Below are positions 22,104 through 35,100 of a stretch of DNA of 64,000 nt, piece after piece (position 1 is the stretch's first letter; every line of letters begins with the position of its first letter). Origin of the DNA: Macrostomum lignano (taxonomy: Eukaryota); NCBI GenBank assembly GCA_002269645.1, contig NIVC01000284.1:124001-188000 (forward strand). Reading direction: 5' to 3'. The notes below the pieces were generated by a model, which was given only the letters and a program-made list of their open reading frames with translations, had not been told where the DNA came from and made no database searches. Both the position numbers and the translations under genes were made by a program.

Positions 22104-25100
22104 CTATAAGTACTCTTCTTCATAATTAAAAGGTTCATTAGAATGCAGCATCTTCCGCAGGGGTGCAGGCTGTATGTCGTCCTCATGCTCAAGATCATTG
22201 TCAGCCTCTGCAGCCTCCGCAGCCTCCGCAGCAGCAGCAGCAGCAGCTCCATCAGTGTGCCAATTGCTAGTAAACTTCCAAGCTTTTTCATCAGCCAAAC
22301 AGCAGCACCACCAAGGCCTGCATATCCGGTTCCATATCCGCTTCAGCACAGACGCATAACCGCTGCTAAACTCTCTGTTGGACAGGCCATAGACTATGAA
22401 ATTCACTGTAGAATTCGAATGAGCCAGCAGCATCGAGTAAGCGTGAATGTGAATAGGCCATTTGTCCTCGTGATCGGCCACCACTGCTATGGTGAACGGA
22501 GCCCAGAGTATAATGAGCACAGCGAACACCAGGAAGAGGGTCTTGGCCAGACGGAACGCCGTCACAGTTTGTTGATGCTTCAGCGCACTGCTAGGTTTAA
22601 CAAACTTCTCCACGCGTCTCCTAGAATCTCGAAAATGAAGGTAGATCTTCAGATAGCAGACAGCGATCACTAGGCTGGGCAGAACCACTCCGACTAAGGC
22701 AAAGAAAGCAGAGTAGGATCTCGAGGCTAGGCGGTCCCATAGACAGGCCAAATTCTTTAGGGCGTATCCGTGATCTCCCCAGCCTAGGAAGTTCGGCATC
22801 TCCATCAGGAAGCTGACAATCCATAGCGAGCAGCACATGATTAATGTCCATCTGCGAGTAAATATTGATGGATAAGCTGAGCTGCGGCAGATGTGAATGT
22901 ACCTGTTGATTGCAATGGCTGCAATGCTCAACAGTGAGCAGTAGCACGAAACCAGGCAGATGGACGCCACAAATAGGCACAGACCGCGGCGCTCCATGAA
23001 GTAGATCTCACCTTTGAGTATGCCTGCGGGGCAGGGTGACTCTCTGGTTTGCTTTCTGTGGCTCTCCCTGACTCTCCCTGACTCTACATGAATCTCATTG
23101 ACTCTCCTTGACTCTCCTTGACTCATCCTGACTCTCCCTAACTCATCCTGACTCTCCCTGACTCATCCTGACTCTCCCTGACTCCATATGACTCTCATTG
23201 ACTCTCCTTGACTCTCCTTGACTCTCCTTGACTCATCCTGACTCTCCCTGACTCATCCTGACTCTCCCTGACTCTCCCTGACTCATCCTGACTCTCCCTG
23301 ACTCTCCCTGACTTATCCTGATTCTCCCTGCCTCTCATTGACTCTCCCTGACTCTCCCTGACTCTCCCTAACTCTTCCTGACTCTCTCTAACTCTCCCTG
23401 ACTCTCCCTGACCCATCCTGACTCTCCCTGACTCTCTCCGACTCTCCCTGACTCTATATGACTCTCATTGACTCTCATTGACTCTCCTTGACTCATCCTT
23501 GACTCTCCCTGACTCTCTCCGACTCTCCCTGACTCTATATGACTCTCATTGACTCTCCCTGACTCTCCCTGACTCTCCCTAACTCTTCCTGACTCTCTCT
23601 GACTCTCCCTGACTCTCCCTGACCCATCCTGACTCTCCCTGACTCTCTCCGACTCTCCCTGACTCTATATGACTCTCATTGACTCTCATTGACTCTCCTT
23701 GACTCATCCTTGACTCTCCCTGACTCTCTCCGACTCTCCCTGACTCTATATGACTCTCATTGACTCTCCTTGACTCTCCTTGACTCATCCTGACTCTCCC
23801 TGACTCTCCCCGACTCTCACTGACTCTCCCTGACTCTCCCTAACTCTCCCTGACTCTCTCTGACTCTCTCTGACTCTCCCTGCCTCTCATTGACTCTCCC
23901 TGACTCTCCCTGACTCATCCTGACTCTCCCTGACTCTCCCCGGACTCTCCCTGACTCTCCCTGACTCTCCCTGACTCTCTCTAACTCTCCCTGACTCTCT
24001 CTGACTCTCCCTGACTCTCCCTGACTCTCCCTGCCTCTCCCTGACTCTCATTGACTCTCCCTGACTCTCCCTGACTCTCTCTGACTCTCCCTGACTCTCT
24101 CTGACTCTCCCTGACTCTCTCTAACTCTCCCTGACTCTCTCTGACTCTCCCGGACTCTCATTGACTCTCCCTGACTCTCATTGACTCTCCCTGACTCTCA
24201 TTGACTCTCCCTGCCTCTCATTGACTCTTCCTGACTCTCCCTGACTCTCTCTGACTCTCCTGACTCTCCTTGACTCTCCCTGACTCTCACTGACTCTCCC
24301 TGACTTCTGACTCTATTTGACTCTTCCTGGCTCTCTCAGTGTCACCCTGACTCACCCAATCTCTCTTTATGACCCTCTATCACAGTGTTCATCTTGTCAG
24401 TTTCCTGTCCATATTCCTCCTTTATTATAGCATCCACTTTACGAGTCCAAATAGTAATTTACACCCAGCAGCAGCTATAAGAACCTGAATCATCAGGCCA
24501 TTTCGTTTAAAAAGTGCAACAGCTACTTTTTCTCTCGCGACGCGATACGAGCGTACTACGTTACGGGACGGGAATTTACTAAAAGAAAATGAATAAGAGC
24601 GTCATTAACGAAATTCTAGTTGTTTAGCAGCGGAGCTAATGCACAGCTTTTTACGCTATATACGCTTCCTGCTCTCTGGATCGTAAATTCTGTTTCAGCG
24701 ACTGTACTCAATAGAGAAAAATGCCGAGAAATAACCTGCGAACACGAGCTGCTCGTTATATTCGGAGTAAATTAGCGAAACTGCAGGTTTTTCAGCGTAA
24801 GTAACCGACTCATTTTCCAGGTTTGCTACTTTTTAATTAACCTTGATACGTTAGATTGAGATAAGATTTTGATGAGATTTAGATTATATTGGGATGAGAC
24901 TGAAATATGATTTAAATAGATAAAATTGAGATGAGATCTCCATCCGAATCTCTGCACCCTAATCTCACCCTAATCTCACCCTAAACTCCATCACCCTAAC
25001 CTCATTCCTAATCTCACCCTGCATTCTTACCGTATATTCTCTTCCCCAGCCTCACTGATCTCGCTCTCCAATCTCATATCAAAATCTCACAGAGTTTTTT

Positions 25101-27392
25101 TGCTTGTAAAGGTGTTAAATATAACGAGTCGTAAAGGTGGGCATGGTTCTTAGGTAAAGATTAATAAAATAAATTTCAATTAAGGTCTACAATCCTTTGA
25201 TTAAGGCGCTTCATATTTATAGTTGTTATTGTCGAGAAATTCATTCCGGAAGCCAAAACATTCTTGAAAGAGTTCGCGCACGATTTTTACTTGCTAATAA
25301 ATTCTGAATATGTGTTTATTTATGTTACTTACCGCAGGATGTTTCTAGAACTATAATTATGCGTTCTGTTATAAATTTTCACTAATAGTTCTTTTTGTTA
25401 ATATTTTCGATTCTTAGATCTCTCTTATGCAGTTGGCGATATTCACAATCTATAATATTCACTTTTTATTTTAAAATTTTTCAGCCTACTTGAAATAGAA
25501 AACTAGCGAAAGTACACTGGTAGCTAGTTATATTTACAAAATAAGCCCCCCGCCCCAATGCTTGATCAACTCTAGAGAAAACCTTTGTATGTACTCGCGT
25601 ATCTCTCATGCATATATCTACGTATCTCGTATCTTGTGATTTTACGCTCAAACAAGTTTAACATCCTGTTTTTTCGAGCCAGCAGCTGATTTAAACTAAA
25701 GTCAATTTAGATTAACCGTGAAATTTGATAACTCTAACAGGGCAGTGTTGGCGAAGAGTATATAGGTAACCATAATTTTCAATCAAGTCTTATTATAGTT
25801 TATACATTTACTAATTATAAATTTCTCGGAGGTGGCGGTAGTATTTAACTCCGCAATTCTTTCCAAGAATAAACAATCAAATATGAGAAAATTATCATAC
25901 TAAAATTCAAATAGTTTGTTTGATCAAAATGTTAAATTACGTATTAAATGTATTTGGAAATGATTAGCTAAATAATTTGTTAATTTGTTGTAAAAAACCG
26001 CTTAAGTATTGAAATACGGGTAACGTTTAATTATATTGTTAAAATACTAACTTAGAGTGTTTTAATGTTTGACTATTTCTCATTGTACCATTTTAAATAA
26101 TTAACGTACTTTTCAGACACTAATTTTTTTGAACATTCTATTTTATAAGAAATTTTAAACTTTTCTTTCACCGTAACGATCGAACCTTCGTACAGTCTCG
26201 TTTTAAGTGGTTTTGTATTGATTTTTGGTGAAAAAAAATCGTTCAAAGAATACCCTACTCCATGCTGATAATTAACATAAGTGAGAAAGAAAGCAAATAT
26301 AGTAGCTAGGGAACAGGCTTCTGGATAAATCTATTCAGTTTTTTTAGCTCATGGCTCTCTCGTATTGTTATTCGTAAAATCTGTACATGAAGTAGGTATG
26401 TAGGTAGGTTGATATAGGTTGTTTAAGGTTGTTATATACTTCTAATCAGGTAAAGTAGTCACATAGGCAGACAAATTACTCACTGACAATGCCCATAGGA
26501 TCAACCAGCAACGTGATGCACAGGTCAGCAATGGTCAAATTAACTATAAAATAGTTGCCAATCTGTCTTAGAGACTAAAAATTTATAAAAGGTATGCATG
26601 AAGTAATTAAAATGACTTTTGAAAATTGTAACGCCCAATAAATTACATCTACGAGTAATGCATATGCATGCTCACCTTCTTTAGCAGAATGGTTAGAATT
26701 ATTAAAACGTTTCCAAAACTGCCAACCACAGTGCCCAAGATGAGCAGCACTAAGCCGGGATAAGTCACCTCTGCGAGATTAGATTGACGCTTTGCGATTT
26801 ACGGCTGGGTTGAGTACACCATATAGTATGAGAGATTGGGTGGGAGGGAAATGGCGGAGACGGAAAAAGGGAGAGGGAGATGGTGAGAGGTAGATAGTAG
26901 GGAAGAGAGGGATGAAGAGTGAGATGGGGGAAAGGGAGATGGGAAGAGAGGATGGAGGAGAGGGAGATGGGGAGAGGGAAATGGAGGAGAGGGATGTAAG
27001 GGAGAGATTGGGAGTGAAATGAGAAGAGGAATATAAAGGAGAGGGAGATGGGGTGAGGGATGGTGAAGAGGGAGATCTGGAGAGAGAGAAATGGGGAGTG
27101 AAATAGGAAGAGGGAGACTGGGGAGAGGGAGATTGGGGAGAGGGAGATTGGGGATAATGAGGATGGGGAGAGATAGATCTGGGAGAGGGAGATGGGGGAG
27201 AGGGAGGATCGGAAAGAGGGAGATATGAAGATGGGGATGAGGGAGAGATATGAAGACATCCTGATTAAGCGCTGATTGAGGCCACATTTGATAAAAATCT
27301 GAAACCTCCAGAGGCCAAAGCTCACCTGGAATAACATGGAGCAGACTGCCAATGGTATAATTATATGGGACAGACAATCCAGCGATATCCAT
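22104..27392 (-). CDS. Class A GPCR, melatonin-receptor-like (390 aa)
   Basis: complement join(27326-27392, 26676-26770, 26484-26574, 22104-23023), GT-AG with compatible phases, 1173 nt. N-terminal NYT sequon, TM1 GN, TM2 NLTIADL, TM3 NRY (instead of DRY), TM6 LWAP, TM7 NSTVNFIVYG..N..F. Confidence 0.88.
23050..24340. repeat. 10 bp unit gactctccct array in GPCR intron
   Basis: About 130 copies. Confidence 0.96.
26830..27250. repeat. Degenerate GA-rich tract in GPCR intron 1
   Basis: ggagagggagatgggg-like low complexity. Confidence 0.8.
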
Positions 27393-27654
27393 TTGATAAG
27401 AGGATTCAATTTCAGAGCTAGCAGAGAGAAAAAAAGCTTTTTTAAAACTCTGATCTGTCCCTAGACAAGCTTTGCGGGGGGGGGCAGCATGCAGCGTTTT
27501 AAAAACCTGAGTTGCACGACTTTTCTATTGATTGAAGGGGGGAAGGGATTGGGGATGAGGGCTTACAGGACAGAAGCTGGTTGGCTGGGGATGAGATGAG
27601 TAGGATAATCTTGTCTGTTGAGTGATAATATGGCAGGGAGATGAGGGAGGGACT

Positions 27655-29435
27655 GTATGAGTTCATGAGTGACTATATGAGTTCATGAGTGACTGTATGA
27701 TTTAATGAGTGACTGTATGAGTTCATGAGTAACTAAATGAGTTCATGAGTGACAGTATGAGTTCATGAGTGACTGAATGAGTTCATGAGTGACTGAATGA
27801 GTTCATGAGTGACTAAATGAGTTCATGAGTGACTGTATGAGTTAATGAGTGACTGTATGAGTTCATGAGTGACTGTATGAGTTCATGAGTGACTGTATGA
27901 GTTCATGAGTGACTGTATGAGTTGATGAGTGACTGTATGAGTTGATGAGTGACTGTATGAGTTGATGGGTGACTATATGAGTTGATGAGTGACTATATGA
28001 GTTGATGAGTGACTATATGAGTTGATGAGTGACTATATGAGTTCATGAGTGACTGTATGAGGTCATAGGTGACTGTATGAGATCATGAGTGACTGTATGA
28101 GGTCATGGGTGACTGTATGAGGTCATGGGTGACTGTATGAGGTCATGGGTGACTGTATGAGGTCATGAGTGACTGTATGAGGTCATGAGTGACTATATGA
28201 GTTTATGAGTGACTAAATGTGTTCATGAGTGACTGTATGAGTTCATGAGTGACTAAATGTGTTCATGAGTGACTGTATGAGTTTATGAGTGACTAAATGT
28301 GTTTGTAACAGGTAGGATTTTGTGTCCTGCCTGCCTGCACCTTCTGCTCACGTCGGATAACAAAGAATTGAACTCGAAGCACGGTTTTTCGGGGCCCAGG
28401 CTGCTGCGGCCTACAGCCCAGCCGAGGCAATGGCCATGCCTTTAGTCCCACAGATGCGGGCGAGAGAAAAGTGAAGCGAGCGCCTCCACTGTCTCTCCTT
28501 TTATTTAAAACACTGCAGAACAGGCGCGTGGGAACGTAAACTCTTAAAGGCTACACAGAACAAAATGCAAATTTCGCAGCAAGTTTTTGGTGCAGACGTC
28601 CTTCGCAAATATGACTGCATTTTATGCAGCTCATAGTGTTCATGAGTGACTGTATGAGTTCATGAGTGACTAAATGTGTTCATGAGTGACTGTATGAGTT
28701 TATGAGTGACTAAATGTGTTCATGAGTGACTGTATGAGTTCATGAGTGACTAAATGTGTTCATGAGTGACTGTATGAGTTTATGAGTGACTAAATGTGTT
28801 CATGAGTGACTGTATGAGTTCATAAGTGACTAAATGTGTTCATGAGTGACTGTATGAGTTTATGAGTGACTAAATGTGTTCATGAGTGACTGTATGAGTT
28901 CATGAGTGACTAAATGAGTTCATGAGTGACTGTATGAGTTGATGGGTGACTGTATGAGTTCATGAGTGACTGAATGAGTTCATGAGTGACTTTATGAGTT
29001 CATGAGTGACTTTATGAGTTCATGAGTGACTGTATGAGTTCATGAGTGACTAAATGTGTTCATGAGTGACTATATGAGTTCATGAGTAACTAAATGAGTT
29101 CATGAGTGACTGTATGAGTTGATGGGTGACTGTATGAGTTGATGGGTGACTGTATGAGTTGATGGGTGACTGTATGAGTTGATGGGTGACTGTATGAGTT
29201 GATGGGTGACTGTATGAGGTTATGAGTGACTGTATGAGGTCATGAATGACTGTATGAGATCATGGGTGACTGTTTGAGCTCATGGGTGACTGTATGAGGT
29301 CATGAGTGACTGTATGAGGTCATGAGTGACTGTATGAGGTCATGAGTGACTAAATGAGTTCATGAGTGAAATTATGAGTTTATGAGTGACTGTATGAATT
29401 CGTGAGTGACTGTATGAGTTCATGAGTGACTTTAT
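27655..29435. repeat. 20 bp unit gactgtatgagttcatgagt satellite (interrupted at 28304-28635)
   Basis: About 70 copies. Confidence 0.96.
28304..28635. mobile_element. 332-bp insertion in satellite with 5-bp TSD (solo-LTR-like or unclassified)
   Basis: Unique sequence interrupts the 20-bp array. gtgtt is duplicated at 28299-28303 and 28636-28640. Ends tgtaaca...ctcata; terminal imperfect palindrome tatgactgcatttatgcagctcata. Confidence 0.6.
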
Positions 29436-29809
29436 GTCAGTGAATATCAGAGCGAGTGCCTTTGATTGATCGATTTGCCTGTCTCAAGCAATCTGCAGCC
29501 TCTAAAAGCAAGCACAGAACGATATCCAGTGTTTCTTTTTTGTCGCGCAAATTGAGCAGGGATCCCTTGCAAGCCACTAATACCCGAGAACCTGCTAAAG
29601 AACGGGTCTTGCATTTCAATTGATGAGCGCACAGTAACAGAACAACTGGATTTTATCCAATGTATTTCGTGTAGTTGCAGCTGGCTTAGGATAGAAGATG
29701 TTTCGATTCGCGGAGATGAGATAAAAAATCCGGAAGAATCTTTTTTGCTAAAACAAATCCTTCCATTCTCGTGTCAGTTTAACTGATTTGAGCAGTGAAA
29801 ACCAATGAG

Positions 29810-30870
29810 AGTGACCGAAATCAGAGTGACCGAATTCAGAGTGACTGAAATCAGATTGACCAAATCAGAGTGATCAAAATCAGAGTGACCAAAATCAGAG
29901 TGACCAAATTCCGAGTGACCAACTTCAGAGTGACCAAAATCAGAGTGACCAAAATCAGAGTGACCGAAATCAGAGTGACCAACTTCAGAGTGACCGAAAT
30001 CAGAGTGACCAAAATCAGAGTGACCAAAATCAGAGTGACCAAAATCAGACTGACCAAAATCAGAGTGACCAAAATCAGAGTGACCAACTTTAGAGTGACC
30101 AAATTCAGATTGACCAAAATCAGAGTGACCAAAATCAGAGTGACCGAAATCAGAGTGACCAAAATCAGAGTGACCAAAATCAGAGTGACCAAATTCAGAG
30201 TGACCAAATTCAGAGTGACCAAATTCAGAGTGACCAAAATCAGAGTGACCAAATTCAGAGTGACCAAAATCAGAGTGACCAAATTCAGAGTGACCAAAAT
30301 CAGAGTGACCAAATTCAGAGTGACCAAATTCAGAGTGACCAAAATCAGAGTGACCGAAATTAGAGTGACCAAAATCAGAGTGAACAACTTCAGAGTGGCC
30401 AAATTCAGAGTGACTGAAATCAGAGTGACTGAAATCAGAGTGACCAAATCAGAGTGACTGAAATCAGAGTGACCAAATCAGAGTGACGGAAATCAAAGTG
30501 ACTAAAATCAGATTGACCGGATTCATTGCGACCAAATTCGCAGAGTGACCAAATTCAGAGTGATGAATATCAGAGTGACCGAATTTTGAGTGAGCGAAAT
30601 CAGAGTGACCGAATTCAAAGTGACCTAAATCAGAGTGACAGAAATTCAGAGTGACCGAATTCAGAGTGACCTAAATCAGAGTGACAGAAATTCAGAGTGA
30701 CCGAATTCAGAGTGACCTAAATCAGAGTGACAGAAATTCAGAGTGACCGAATTCAGAGTGACCTAAATCAGAGTGACCAAAATCAGAGTGACCAAAATCA
30801 GAGTGACCAAAATCAGAGTGACCAAAATCAGAGTGACAGAAATTCAGAGTAACCAAAGTCAGAGTGACCA
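29810..30870. repeat. 15 bp unit cagagtgaccaaaat array
   Basis: About 70 copies. Confidence 0.96.
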
Positions 30871-31619
30871 AATTCATATCAAGATTGACTTCAAATACTG
30901 TATTATTAGTTAGTTCCTTAATTTGTTTGTTTAAGACAATTACATTACATGTATGTTGAAATTCATTCCTGAATTCTAGAAATTATTTGAATGAAGAAAA
31001 AGAAAAACAGATTCCCACAAAGAGAACTCAAACAACTTCTGAATACTAAAACAAACACAGCTTAGTCTTGTCCGGAAGGCAATTATTTCCAGAGGGATTA
31101 AGTTGCTATTATGCTCAGATGATGATGCATCTAAGCCACGGAAGCATGCATTGACTGCATGGGGTGTAGCAGCTGAGCCTTTGTCCTAGCGATCAATGCT
31201 CGGGTCGAAAAAATGAATTCTCGGGCCTCTAGCTAGTAAAAAGTACTAATACTGCAGCATTAGTAGCAAGCTTTTTGACGTTAATGCTCTGGTGAAATTC
31301 CCATCATCAAAGTTAGGTAGGACAAGCACCGAGTTAGCAGATAAAAAAGTTTTTTAATTAAAATGACTTAATGCCACTTACATTGCTCCAGTTGGAGGGA
31401 AATGATAGCTCGTATATATATTTCGATACTGCAATTAACAAAGAAGAATTTCACAGTTTTTTAAGCAAGACCGCAAGCATTTGATTTCTTAAAAACTTAT
31501 ACGTATATTAATCTAATGCAAAATTTAAAAGTACAAATAATAAACCAAGGTATTCTAAAGTTTTTGCACCCAAGTGTTGGACTTTGTAGGGTAATACGTG
31601 AAGGTCAAGGGGGTTTAAA

Positions 31620-31970
31620 TTGGCGCCAAGGCCAAGGATGGTTTAAACAAGCGCCAAAGATGGTTTAAATTAGCGCCAAGGATGGTTTAAATTGGCGCCA
31701 AGGATGGTTTAAATTGGCGCCAAGGATGATTTGAATTGGCGCCAAAGATGGTTTAATTTAGCGCCAAGGATGGTTTAAATTAGCGCCAAGGATGGTTTAA
31801 ATTAGCGCCAAAGCCAATGATGGTTTAAATTAGCGCCAAGGATGGTTTGAATCGGCGCCAAGGATGGTTTAAATTAGCGCCATAGATGATTTGAATTGGC
31901 GCCAAAGCCAAGGATGGTTTAAATTAGCGCCAAGGATGGTTTAAATTGGCCCCAAGGCTAGGGATGGTTT
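31620..31970. repeat. 21-26 bp unit ggatggtttaaatt(g/a)gcgcca
   Basis: About 15 copies downstream of the CCDC157 stop. Confidence 0.9.
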
Positions 31971-32103
31971 AAGACATTATCTAAGGTTAATTGGTTTAGC
32001 TAAAAGTATTGGCCAAAGATTAAGGATGTATGTACATTGTACATGTCCGTATCGCATACCTACATAAACAACACATCAAAGCACAGTTACTTTACAACTT
32101 AAT

Positions 32104-35100
32104 TCAAGTCTTTCCAGAGCAGTAGTTCTTATGCACAGCCAAGTCGCTTTTCAGCTTAAACGGTTTATTGCACTTGGCGCAGGGGTAAACGATTTCTCTG
32201 CGAGGAGATGCCGACCAAGCTAGAGCAGGGGATGCTGATGATGATGATGCAGCAGAACCGGTAGCTGCTTTAGCCCGCTTGTAGGCTTGCAGAGCTGATG
32301 TCGAGGAGTTGCCGCTGTTGGCGCCTTTGGCGGCGCCGCTGGCTGCAGAGTTGGGGCGGCCGGCGCTGCCGCTGCGCTTGGCTTGGTCTGAAGGCATCTG
32401 AGGTGGTCTGGAATGAGCCTGGTGCTGATGTTCTTGCTGTTGTTGTTGTTGTTGCTGAAGCTGCCACAGAGGCACCGGATCTGATATTCTTCTGGCTGAC
32501 TGACGGGAGCCAAACGGCTGCTCCTGATGGCTTGATGAGTCTGAGTCGCTGAAATTGTTTTTTTACAAAATGGGATTTATGAGAGATAAATGGTGTCTTG
32601 ATTCCCCTTCTGGTGTCTTGATTCCCCTCCTCGTGTCTTGATTCCCCTACTGGTGTCTTGATTCCCCTCCTCGTGTCTTCATTCCCCTACTGGTGTCTTG
32701 ATTCCCCTCCTCGTGTCTTGATTCCCCTCCTGGTATCTTGATTCCCCTCCTGGTGTCTTGCTTCCCCTCCTGGTGTCTTGATTCCCCTCCTGGTGTCTTG
32801 ATTCCCCTCCTGGTGTCTTGCTTCCCCTCCTGGTGTCTTGATTCCCCTCCTGGTGTCTTGATTCCCCTCCTGGTGTCTTGCTTCCCCTCCTCGTGTCTTG
32901 ATTCCCCTCCTGGTGTCTTGCTTCCCCTCCTCGTGTCTTGATTCCCCTCCTGGTGTCTTGATTCCCCTCCTCGTGTCTTGATTCCCCTCCTGGTATCTTG
33001 ATTCCCCTCCTGGTGTCTTGCTTCCCCTCCTCGTGTCTTGATTCCCCTCCTGGTGTCTTGATTCACCTCCTGGTGTCTTGATTCCCCTCCTGGTGTCTTG
33101 CTTCCCCTCCTGGTGTCTTGATTCCCCTCCTGGTGTCTTGATTCCCTCCTGGTGTCTTGCTTCCCCTCCTGGTGTCTTGATTCCCCTCCTGGTGTCTTGA
33201 TTCCCCTCCTGGTGTCTTGATTCCCCTCCTGGTGTCTTGATTCCCCTCCTCGTGTCTTGATTCCCCTCCTGGTATCTTGATTCCCCTCCTGGTGTCTTGC
33301 TTCCCCTCCTCGTGTCTTGATTCCCCTCCTGGTGTCTTGATTCACCTCCTGGTGTCTTGATTCCCCTCCTGGTGTCTTGCTTCCCCTCCTGGTGTCTTGA
33401 TTCCCCTCCTGGTGTCTTGATTCCCCTCCTGGTGTCTTGATTCCCCTCCTGGTGTCTTGATTCCCCTCCTCGTGTCTTGATTCCCCTCCTGGTATCTTGA
33501 TTCCCCTCCTGGTGTCTTGATTCCCCTCCTGGTGTCTTGCTTCCCCTCCTGGTGTCTTGATTCACCTCCTGGTGTCTTGATTCCCCTCCTGGTGTCTTGC
33601 TTCCCCTCCTGGTGTCTTGATTCCCCTCCTGGTGTCTTGATTCCCCTCCTGGTGTCTTGATTCCCCTCCTGGTGTCTTGATTCCCCTCCTGGTGTCTTGC
33701 TTCCCCTCCTCGTGTCTTGATTCCCCTCCTGGTGTCTTGCTTCCCCTCCTGGTATCTTGATTCCCCTCCTGGTGTCTTGCTTCCCCTCCTCGTGTCTTGA
33801 TTCCCCTCCTGGTGTCTTGATTCACCTCCTGGTGTCTTGATTCCCCTCCTGGTGTCTTGCTTCCCCTCCTGGTGTCTTGATTCCCCTCCTGGTGTCTTGA
33901 TTCCCCTCCTGGTGTCTTGCTTCCCCTCCTGGTGTCTTGATTCCCCTCCTGGTGTCTTGATTCCCCTCCTGGTGTCTTGATTCCCCTCCTGGTGTCTTGA
34001 TTCCCCTCCTCGTGTCTTGATTCCCCTCCTGGTATCTTGATTCCCCTCCTGGTGTCTTGCTTCCCCTCCTCGTGTCTTGATTCCCCTCCTGGTGTCTTGA
34101 TTCCCCTCCTGGTGTCTTGATTCCCCTCCTGGTGTCTTGCTTCCCCTCCTGGTGTCTTGATTCACCTCCTGGTGTCTTGATTCCCCTCCTGGTGTCTTGA
34201 TTCCCCTCCTGGTGTCTTGATTCCCCTCCTCGTGTCTTGATTCCCCTCCTGGTATCTTGATTCCCCTCCTGGTGTCTTGATTCCCCTCCTGGTGTCTTGC
34301 TTCCCCTCCTGGTGTCTTGATTCACCTCCTGGTGTCTTGATTCCCCTCCTGGTGTCTTGCTTCCCCTCCTGGTGTCTTGATTCCCCTCCTGGTGTCTTGA
34401 TTCCCCTCCTGGTGTCTTGATTCCCCTCCTGGTGTCTTGATTCCCCTCCTGGTGTCTTGATTCCCCTCCTGGTGTCTTGATTCCCCTCCTGGTGTCTTGA
34501 TTCCCCTCCTGGTGTCTTGCTTCCCCTCCTGGTGTCTTGATTCCCCTCCTGGTGTCTTGATTCCCCTACTGGTGTCTTGATTCCCCTCCTGGTGTCTTGC
34601 TTCCCCTCCTGGTGTCTTGATTCCCCTCCTGGTGTCTTGATTCCCCTACTGGTGTCTTGATTCCCCTCGTGTCTTGATTCCCCTCCTGGTGTCTTGATTC
34701 CCCTCCCTGTGTCTTGATTCCCCTCCTGGTGTCTTGATTCCCCTCCCTGTGTCTTGATTCCCCTCCTTGCGTCTTAATTCGTGTTATAATTTTCTGATCC
34801 TCTAATAATTGATTTCCCACAAGACAATTCTTCCCAACAGTGGGTGAGCAATCATCCCACGCACCTCCGCTCGTTCTCTACATCTTTTCCAGCTTGAAAT
34901 GTCGCCTGATGAGGCTGTTGTTTTTGTTGCCAAGCGCCTTGCCGAGCTGCCGCAGGTGCTGGCGGAGGCTTTGACACGGGCTGGTGAATGGGAGGCAGGT
35001 GCATGCTGTCATCCTCATGCTGATCCACCTGTTCGCTGCTAGCTGGCAACTCAGGCCTCTTGCCAACTCTTTCCAGCGCTCGCCTCATGCTCGAAGTTTG

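Noticed and set aside
29437-31330. Short ORFs/exon candidates in unique islands at 29440-29760 and 31050-31330
   Set aside because: No convincing acceptor-donor pair or homology; may be UTR or promoter sequence.
29851-34820. IRVTK and GGESRHQEGNQDTRR repeat ORFs
   Set aside because: 15- and 20-bp array translations; the latter is intronic in CCDC157.
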